Below are positions 57,879-64,000 of a stretch of DNA of 64,000 nt, piece after piece. Location: positions 4,505 through 68,504 of the forward strand of contig RFKD01000051.1 of the NCBI GenBank assembly GCA_003694545.1, given 5' to 3'. Origin of the DNA: Candidatus Parcubacteria bacterium. Its GTDB lineage: Bacteria; Patescibacteriota; Minisyncoccia; Phycocordibacterales; UBA12088. The position numbers and the translations under genes are program-made. The notes beneath the pieces are model-generated. The model was not told the DNA's origin and ran no database searches. It was given only the letters and a program-made list of their open reading frames with translations. Position 1 is the first letter of the stretch, and each line of letters starts with the position of its first letter.

Positions 57879-58940
57879 TCAGTTGGAGATGGAAGGGTGG
57901 TCCTCAGTAGAGACTTTAGCTTCAGTTTCTCCGGCTGTTGTGCTGGTTTCGCCCGAGCCGCTTTGCGTTTGGGCGCGCACGGACCCTAACGCGGCGCGAA
58001 CCTCACGCGTTGCGGCAACCAGTGCGGCGTGCGCGCGCTTGATGGCCTCGATGGGTTCGCGCGCCTGTTCTCGGCGCGCCTGCGCCTGCTCGCGCAGCTG
58101 CGCAGCGAGATTGTTCATTGTTTCGGCTGTATTTGTAGTCTGATCGTCTGCAGACACATTAACATCAGCCTCGACTTCAACATTCAGCGCAGCCACCACT
58201 CCTTTTGCTTGCGCGATTGCGTTGCGTGCTTCTTGTAGTTTTGCGCGAGCGGCCGTCCCGTCGAAGCCGCGTTCACGAAACCCTTCTTCCAATTCGGCTA
58301 TGCGGCGCTCTAATTTATCAGCTAGTTTTTCCAGGCGCACCACTGCCGCCTCCAGCCGTTCTTTCACACGACGGAACATGTCGGCAAGGTTATTGCGTGC
58401 ACGCTCAAGAATTTGCTCCTTTCGCGCCTCTAATCGCTCTTGCGCCTTTTCTTTACGCTCTTCAAATCGCTCTTTCGCTTTTTCCCTGCGTTCTTCAAAC
58501 CGCTCATGAGCTTTATCTTTGGGGTTTTCCATCTCTTGCTTTTCGGCAAGAGGAACCACATTGTCTCTTCCTCTGGGTGGGTAGCTCGGCGGCAGGGTGG
58601 GGGAGTGATCACCTGCCGACGCCGGACGCGCCTCACCGTCTCCCGGTTTCCCTACCGGCTTACCATCACGCGACGGCGGTAGCGGGACTGGGAGGTGCGG
58701 TTTCTCGCGGGAGGGCTTTACCTCCCCTTCGACTTCTGCTTTCACAGACACAGGATCGTCTTGAGCTTTTTCGGATACCACCGCTTCGCCTCTGGCAGAG
58801 CCTCTGGCAGATGTTTCTTGCGCGTACGCGCTTTGAGCGAAGACGGTGAGCGACGCAATGCACACTGCCGCCGCGAAGCCGGCAAAGCCCAACAAGTGTG
58901 TGCGGGAACGCTGGGCAAGGGTAAGGTAGGAGTATGACAT
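57879..58940 (-). CDS. Secreted coiled-coil hypothetical protein
   Basis: Signal peptide ending AYA|Q; 11-aa KA.ERFEER.E repeats. Confidence 0.8.
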   Translation of the reverse strand: MSYSYLTLAQRSRTHLLGFAGFAAAVCIASLTVFAQSAYAQETSARGSARGEAVVSEKAQDDPVSVKAEVEGEVKPSREKPHLPVPLPPSRDGKPVGKPGDGEARPASAGDHSPTLPPSYPPRGRDNVVPLAEKQEMENPKDKAHERFEERREKAKERFEERKEKAQERLEARKEQILERARNNLADMFRRVKERLEAAVVRLEKLADKLERRIAELEEGFRERGFDGTAARAKLQEARNAIAQAKGVVAALNVEVEADVNVSADDQTTNTAETMNNLAAQLREQAQARREQAREPIEAIKRAHAALVAATREVRAALGSVRAQTQSGSGETSTTAGETEAKVSTEDHPSISN

Positions 58941-59192
58941 ACGGAGTGTTACGTTAAATTATTGCTAAGGGGTCTGGTAACATAAGTCGCATTACTCGTA
59001 TTGCAACACGTAACGCTTGCTCAACTACTTGGTTTGCTGTAGGTAGTATACTCACCCGTAAGAGAGCGGACAATACACAGGTTGTGTATAACGGTTGCCC
59101 ACAAAATGGGCGCCGCTTTTGTGCCTTTCCAAGTGTGAGCTCCCTGTGCGGCAGATGGAGCGTTTTTGTCGTTGACCTTGTGCATCGCTGCG

Positions 59193-59717
59193 TCACGAAG
59201 CAAATTTTTGGCGATATAAATCTTTTGCGCGCTCAACGGCTTTTCGGGCGGCTTGCGCCCCCTCAAACCCTTTCACCACCACTTCTTTATTTTGAAGCGC
59301 TTTGTAGGTGGAAAAGAAGTGTTCCATTTCTTTGAGCGTGTGAGAATTAATGTCGTTGAGGTCTTTTACCCCCGCGAATCGCGGGTCTTCGGCGGGAACC
59401 GCGATGAGCTTGTGGTCGTCTTCCCCGTCGTCCGTCATTGCCATAATGCCAACCGGGCGCGCTTCAACGAGTATGCCAGGCAAGAGAGGATATGTGGTGA
59501 GCACAACAACATCCAACGGATCAGCGTCGTCCCAGTAGGTTTGCGGTATAAACCCGTAGTCAAACGGGTAATCCTGCGCGGTGTGCATAGGCCGATCCAG
59601 CTTGATAAGACCGGTTTCTTTGTCAATCTCGTATTTATTCTTGGAAAAACGCGGAATTTCAATAATAACATTCACAATTTCCGCGTCTCCTGCAGGAACA
59701 TCATGCCAAAGGTTCAT
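59193..59717 (-). CDS. ppa: Inorganic pyrophosphatase (family I)
   Basis: IEIPRFSKNKYE, YPFDYGFIPQT, DDADPLDV, DDHKLIAV. Confidence 0.97.
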   Translation of the reverse strand: MNLWHDVPAGDAEIVNVIIEIPRFSKNKYEIDKETGLIKLDRPMHTAQDYPFDYGFIPQTYWDDADPLDVVVLTTYPLLPGILVEARPVGIMAMTDDGEDDHKLIAVPAEDPRFAGVKDLNDINSHTLKEMEHFFSTYKALQNKEVVVKGFEGAQAARKAVERAKDLYRQKFAS

Positions 59718-59837
59718 AGAGGAATGGTGCATAAAGCCAGTAAGACGTATAACGGTGCTTTGGCGCACAACGCCGCTTCAACAATACGCCACAGCGCGCT
59801 CGGGCGCAACATGTTTTCGGCGTAGTTTCTCTTGCTA

Positions 59838-61160
59838 TTACGTGCTTTGGGCGGCACTTTTGGATTCCTCGGCCTCTCCCTTCTCATTCAGCGTCTTGCT
59901 TGCCAATTGAGAAGGTGCTTGCGATGTTTGGGGCGAGGCGGTTTCTTTGGGCTGTTCGTTTGATTTGGGAGTTGCCTCCTCTCCTTGTTGCGCCGTCTCA
60001 TTGGCAGGCGCAAGCGAGTTGACCAGATCGGAAAGCTCGGGTGACAGCACTTCTTTCATGTTTGCTCCTTCCGCTGGTTTTATGTCTATTTTCCAGCCGG
60101 TCAGCTTGGCGGCAAGGCGGACATTTTGCCCGCCACGGCCGATCGCAAGCGAAAGTTGGTCTTCGCTCACGGTTACATGGGCTATGCGGTTTTCCTCATC
60201 AAGGGCGATGTCCATCACACGCGCCGGCTGGAGCGCCTCTTCAATAAAGTAAGCGGGGTCGTCGCTCCACTCCACAACATCGATTTTCTCTCCGCCCAGC
60301 TCGCTGATGACCACGGAAACCCGCACGCCCCGACTGCCCACGAGGGAACCGACCGGGTCGATGTGTTCGTCAAACGAAACTGCGGCAACCTTGGAGCGGC
60401 TCCCTGGTTCGCGGGCAATTGCGCGGATAGCCACTGTTCCGTTGCGCAACTCAGGAACCTCCTGTTCGAACAATTTTGCCAAGAAGCGCGGGTGTGCCCG
60501 GGAAAGCCGCAGGTAAATGCCCCGCGGGCTTTCGTCCACTTTCATTAAAAGAGCGCGAATGCGCTCGCTCGGGCGGAAGCGTTCCCCGGGAATTTGTTCT
60601 TCACGCGGCAAGACGCCAGTTGCCTTGCCGAGCTCAACAAACACCACACCGCGCTCAACGCGCTGAACAGTGCCAGTGACTATTTCGCCTTCTTTGCTTG
60701 CGAATTCAGCAAACACCGATTCGCGCTCTGCCTCGCGAATTTTTTGGATGATGACTTGCTTTGCGGTTTGGGCAGCAATGCGGCCAAACGACTCTTTGGT
60801 TTCCAAAGGGAACAGGATTTCATCTCCCGGCTGCGCCTCGCGTTTAATGTGCCGCGCGTCTTCCACGAGAATGTGTTGCTCGGGGATAAAGCGGATTTTT
60901 TCTTCCTGAAGCGACTCTTCCTCTTCCGGCATACGGACTTCGTCGGGCGACACGACCTTTTTGACTTGCACGAATTCCACATCGCCTGTCTCGGCGTTGA
61001 AAAACGCGCGCACAACCTGCCCGCGGCTGCCATACTCTTTCTTGTACGCAGTTGCCAGCGCCGCTTCAATAGCAGCCAAGGTGCGGTCGCGCGGGATACC
61101 GCGCTCGGCTTCTAACTGCTCAACAACGGCGTTGAGCACTTTCATGTCGAATAAAGGCAT
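59838..61160 (-). CDS. nusA: Transcription factor NusA
   Basis: FGRIAAQTAKQVI, AREPGSRSKVA, GEKIDVVEW, LAIGRGGQNVRLAAKLTGWKIDI. Confidence 0.98.
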   Translation of the reverse strand: MPLFDMKVLNAVVEQLEAERGIPRDRTLAAIEAALATAYKKEYGSRGQVVRAFFNAETGDVEFVQVKKVVSPDEVRMPEEEESLQEEKIRFIPEQHILVEDARHIKREAQPGDEILFPLETKESFGRIAAQTAKQVIIQKIREAERESVFAEFASKEGEIVTGTVQRVERGVVFVELGKATGVLPREEQIPGERFRPSERIRALLMKVDESPRGIYLRLSRAHPRFLAKLFEQEVPELRNGTVAIRAIAREPGSRSKVAAVSFDEHIDPVGSLVGSRGVRVSVVISELGGEKIDVVEWSDDPAYFIEEALQPARVMDIALDEENRIAHVTVSEDQLSLAIGRGGQNVRLAAKLTGWKIDIKPAEGANMKEVLSPELSDLVNSLAPANETAQQGEEATPKSNEQPKETASPQTSQAPSQLASKTLNEKGEAEESKSAAQST

Positions 61161-61403
61161 ACGTAATGATTTAATTTATTATGTTGATGGTTAATGTGTT
61201 GTCTCGGTGTGTTCCGTAGTGACCGTTGTCGAGAATAAAGTGTGTTGGTTATGTGTGGCGCTAGAGAAGTTTCCTGTTAATTATTGGGTTACCGTGGGGC
61301 ATCTTGTCTGCGGCAGTATGGGTCGAGTTTTGCGGTGTGCTTAGCGCGGAGGAAAACTTTCCTCGTTTGCCAACTTTCGCGTTGTGCCCGTCGCGACACC
61401 CGT

Positions 61404-61465
61404 GCGCGGCATTATACCGCACTTGCTGTTGATACACAAGGCGCTTAAGGAAGCGCTATAATAAT
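61404..61465. promoter_or_regulatory. Divergent -10 boxes for nusA and the VirD4-like gene
   Basis: TATAAT on the minus strand at 61411-61416 and on the plus strand at 61457-61462. Confidence 0.6.
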
Positions 61466-61469
61466 GGCA

Positions 61470-64000
61470 ATGGCGCAAAGACCAAAAATGCCGCACGGCG
61501 GCCATGCGGCAGAAGAAGAGGCGCGCTATCTCCACGCGGAACTCGCAAAGCGCGCAAAGGCACTCGAAGGTGCTTCGCCGGAAGCGATCACGCGAATGGA
61601 GCGGGAGGTTGTCGAGCAGTACCGCGCCACGCCGCACCACCGCACTCCCGCCACCCAACCCGCGCTTTCCCATGAAGAGATAGAAGCTCAGCGGGCAATC
61701 GTGCTTGCCATTCCTCCGGATAGGCATGATGAGGTCATTTCGTCCCTCGTTGACATAATGCTCACAAAAGGCATCAAAAATATGTTAACGGTTGCGGAGC
61801 GTTCTGGTCCACACATTCTTGATGACGCGCACCGTTTTCTGGTCGCGTATCTCAAAGCGGGCTACCCCGTGTATGGCTTGCGCGAGCGTGATCCAATGCA
61901 ACGGACGCTAAGAATGACCTTGTATGAAGTGCGTGTTGCGACCGCACTGCCGGAAGAGGAAAAAGCTGCGGATGCGGTGCTCGCGAAAATGATGCAGCTG
62001 TACGCCGGTCTTCTTGCCTTGTACGACGAAAAGGAACAAATGGGGCATAGCGTCCTTGAAATCGCCGTACCCGAGGACGCGGATACCATCGGCTTTTACA
62101 TTGCCGTTCCAACGGCGCAAAAGAACGCGTTTGAAAAGATGCTCTCCTCCTTGTTTCCTCACGCAGTGTTTGAAGAAGTTCCGGGCGATTACAATCCTTT
62201 TTCCGAAAAGGGCGGGGTTGCGGTTTTGGAAGGGAGCCTCAAAGCTCCCTGGGTGCTTCCCATTGCAACATACGAAGACATTAAAGGGGATCCCTTGCGC
62301 GTTTTGTTAGAATCGTTCACGCGGCTTGAGCGGCAGGGAGTTGGTGCCGCGCTGCAGGTTACCGTCGCACCGGCGCCAGAAGATGCGCTTACCTGCGCCG
62401 TGAAAACCCTTGAGAAGTTGGATGAAGGAGAGACGCTCCAAAGCGCGTTTCGAGAAGTCTCGCGCGGGACGCTCACAAACGTGATTGTGGAAATTGGGAG
62501 GGCCCTTAAGGATTTAGCGTTTTCTCAAGAAGACAACGAGAACCACGACGCGAAGAAACCCAAAGAGCGCAATCCCGCGGTTCGTGAACTCATCCAAAAA
62601 AAGATTAAGACGCCTTTGGTTTCCGTGGGGGTGCGCATTATCGCGTCGGCTGACGACGCGGCCACAGCAACTTCTGCCGCCCGGGACATAGTCGCGGCCT
62701 TTAGCCAGTTTGCTAACCCGCTCGGCAATCGATTTGCGTTTGAGCCGGTATCGCTCCGTCGCCAAGCGGAAGTTGTGCGGGCATTTGTGCTGCGCTCGCG
62801 CATTCCATCACGGGAAATGGTTCTTTCTTTAGAGGAGCTTGCCTCCGTCATTCACATACCGTTTGACGCGAAGGCGGTTCCCGAATCAATGCGGCAGAGT
62901 CGATCCCGGGAAGCTTCCTTGCCACAAGGTGTTCCCACGCAAGGCGTTTTGTTGGGGGAGCATATCTACCAAGGCGTGCGCACCCCTGTTGCCATGCTGC
63001 CGCAAGATCGCTTGCGGCACCTGTATGTTATCGGCCAAACCGGCACCGGTAAGACTTCGCTCCTCAAGAACCTTATCGTGCAGGATATTCGCAACGGCGA
63101 GGGGGTGTGTTTTATCGATCCTCACGGCGTGGATGTGGACGAAGTACTCTCGCAAGTGCCGCCAGAGCGGTATGATGATGTGATTTACTTTGACCCCGCC
63201 AACACTGCGTATCCATTCGGCTTGAATATGATGGAGTACGACCCGTCGCGCCCGGAAGAAAAAACGTTTGTCGTCAACGAGCTTCTGTCTATCTTTAAAA
63301 AGTTGTACTCCCATGTCCCCGAGAGTATGGGCCCGGCATTTGAGCAATACTTCCGCAACGCCGCCTTGCTCGTGATGGAAGACCCGGAAACTGGGATGAC
63401 GCTCCTTGATATCGCACGCGTGTTTGCCGATGAGGTGTATCGAGAACTGAAACTGCGTCGGTGTAAAAACCCGACGGTGGCGCAGTTTTGGCGGGACATC
63501 GCGCTGAAGGCGACGGGAGAAATGGGGTTGCAAAACTACGCGCCCTACATCACCAACAAAATTGATGTGTTCACCACGAACGACATTATGCGCCCCATCA
63601 TCGCGCAGGAGCGTTCCTCGATCCGCTTTAATGAAATTATGGACACACGCAAGATCCTTCTCGTGAACCTTTCTAAAGGGCGACTTGGCGATATCAACGC
63701 GCACCTTATCGGCTTGGTGCTTGTTGGGAAGTTTTTGATGGCGGCGCTCGCGCGCACCGGCCGGGGCGACTACCCTCCGTTTTACTTGTATTTGGATGAG
63801 TTTCAAAATGTGACGACGGACTCCATCAGCGTTATCCTATCGGAGGCGCGCAAATACAAGCTCGCGCTCATTCTCGCGCACCAATTCTTAAAACAACTTG
63901 ACGACCCCATCCGCAACGCGGTATTTGGCAATGTTGGCTCTATGGTTGCGTTCCGTATTGGCACCCACGACGCGCAGGAACTCGAGCCTTTGTTCGCGCC
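61470..64000 (+). CDS. VirD4/TraG-like (HerA/FtsK superfamily) ATPase, runs off the window end; absent from the ORF track
   Basis: In-frame HLYVIGQTGTGKT (63018 onward), CFIDPHG, LYLDEFQN, LSEARKY.L.LILAHQ, AVFGNVGS. Confidence 0.9.
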   Translation, partial: MAQRPKMPHGGHAAEEEARYLHAELAKRAKALEGASPEAITRMEREVVEQYRATPHHRTPATQPALSHEEIEAQRAIVLAIPPDRHDEVISSLVDIMLTKGIKNMLTVAERSGPHILDDAHRFLVAYLKAGYPVYGLRERDPMQRTLRMTLYEVRVATALPEEEKAADAVLAKMMQLYAGLLALYDEKEQMGHSVLEIAVPEDADTIGFYIAVPTAQKNAFEKMLSSLFPHAVFEEVPGDYNPFSEKGGVAVLEGSLKAPWVLPIATYEDIKGDPLRVLLESFTRLERQGVGAALQVTVAPAPEDALTCAVKTLEKLDEGETLQSAFREVSRGTLTNVIVEIGRALKDLAFSQEDNENHDAKKPKERNPAVRELIQKKIKTPLVSVGVRIIASADDAATATSAARDIVAAFSQFANPLGNRFAFEPVSLRRQAEVVRAFVLRSRIPSREMVLSLEELASVIHIPFDAKAVPESMRQSRSREASLPQGVPTQGVLLGEHIYQGVRTPVAMLPQDRLRHLYVIGQTGTGKTSLLKNLIVQDIRNGEGVCFIDPHGVDVDEVLSQVPPERYDDVIYFDPANTAYPFGLNMMEYDPSRPEEKTFVVNELLSIFKKLYSHVPESMGPAFEQYFRNAALLVMEDPETGMTLLDIARVFADEVYRELKLRRCKNPTVAQFWRDIALKATGEMGLQNYAPYITNKIDVFTTNDIMRPIIAQERSSIRFNEIMDTRKILLVNLSKGRLGDINAHLIGLVLVGKFLMAALARTGRGDYPPFYLYLDEFQNVTTDSISVILSEARKYKLALILAHQFLKQLDDPIRNAVFGNVGSMVAFRIGTHDAQELEPLFA

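Noticed and set aside
61334-61400. c-di-GMP riboswitch or RNase P RNA (GAGGAAAG, GGCAAAC words)
   Set aside because: Only short words match; the remaining conserved elements are absent.
5521-63806. Long antisense ORFs such as 6543-7718, 41143-42222, 45088-45951 and 62886-63806
   Set aside because: Shadow frames of well-supported genes in GC-rich DNA, with no recognisable motifs.
1-64000. CRISPR array, cas genes, reverse transcriptase, transposase or rRNA
   Set aside because: I saw no regularly spaced repeat-spacer array and no motifs for these families.

Overview
GC-rich chromosomal segment of a probable Patescibacteria/CPR bacterium of Parcubacteria type. This assignment is an inference from gene content: trigger factor without the FKBP domain, an orphan VirD4-like ATPase, a pilin, rpsO-NYN-pnp, and nusA without rimP. 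The backbone carries housekeeping genes (pnp, rpsO, a Xer recombinase, xth, cca, hup, rny, clpP, tig, ppa, nusA, comM, a dksA-like gene) and four tRNAs (Arg-TCG, Gly-GCC, Pro-TGG, Gly-TCC). An AT-rich defence island at tRNA-Pro encodes a PLD-SNF2 helicase, a frameshifted type IIG RM enzyme and an RloC-like anticodon nuclease. There is also a peptidase-rich block with a divergent circularly permuted ATP-grasp protein, and several accessory genes. The most striking unexplained signal is a family of hairpin elements glued to the 3' ends of three tRNA genes. The two complete copies are both exactly 195 bp. Each copy carries an antisense copy of its own tRNA's T-arm/acceptor end and is rich in GNA-triloop hairpins of the kind stable in ssDNA. 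The complete copies end in a direct repeat of the tRNA 3' end, and co-oriented accessory genes follow each copy. Other notable signals are an orphan structured RNA with its own promoter beside a cluster of parS-type palindromes, a 6S-like rod RNA beside rny, an ultra-acidic microprotein, repeated loss of zinc ligands, and widespread near-leaderless promoters. All calls come from reading the sequence by eye; no searches were run.
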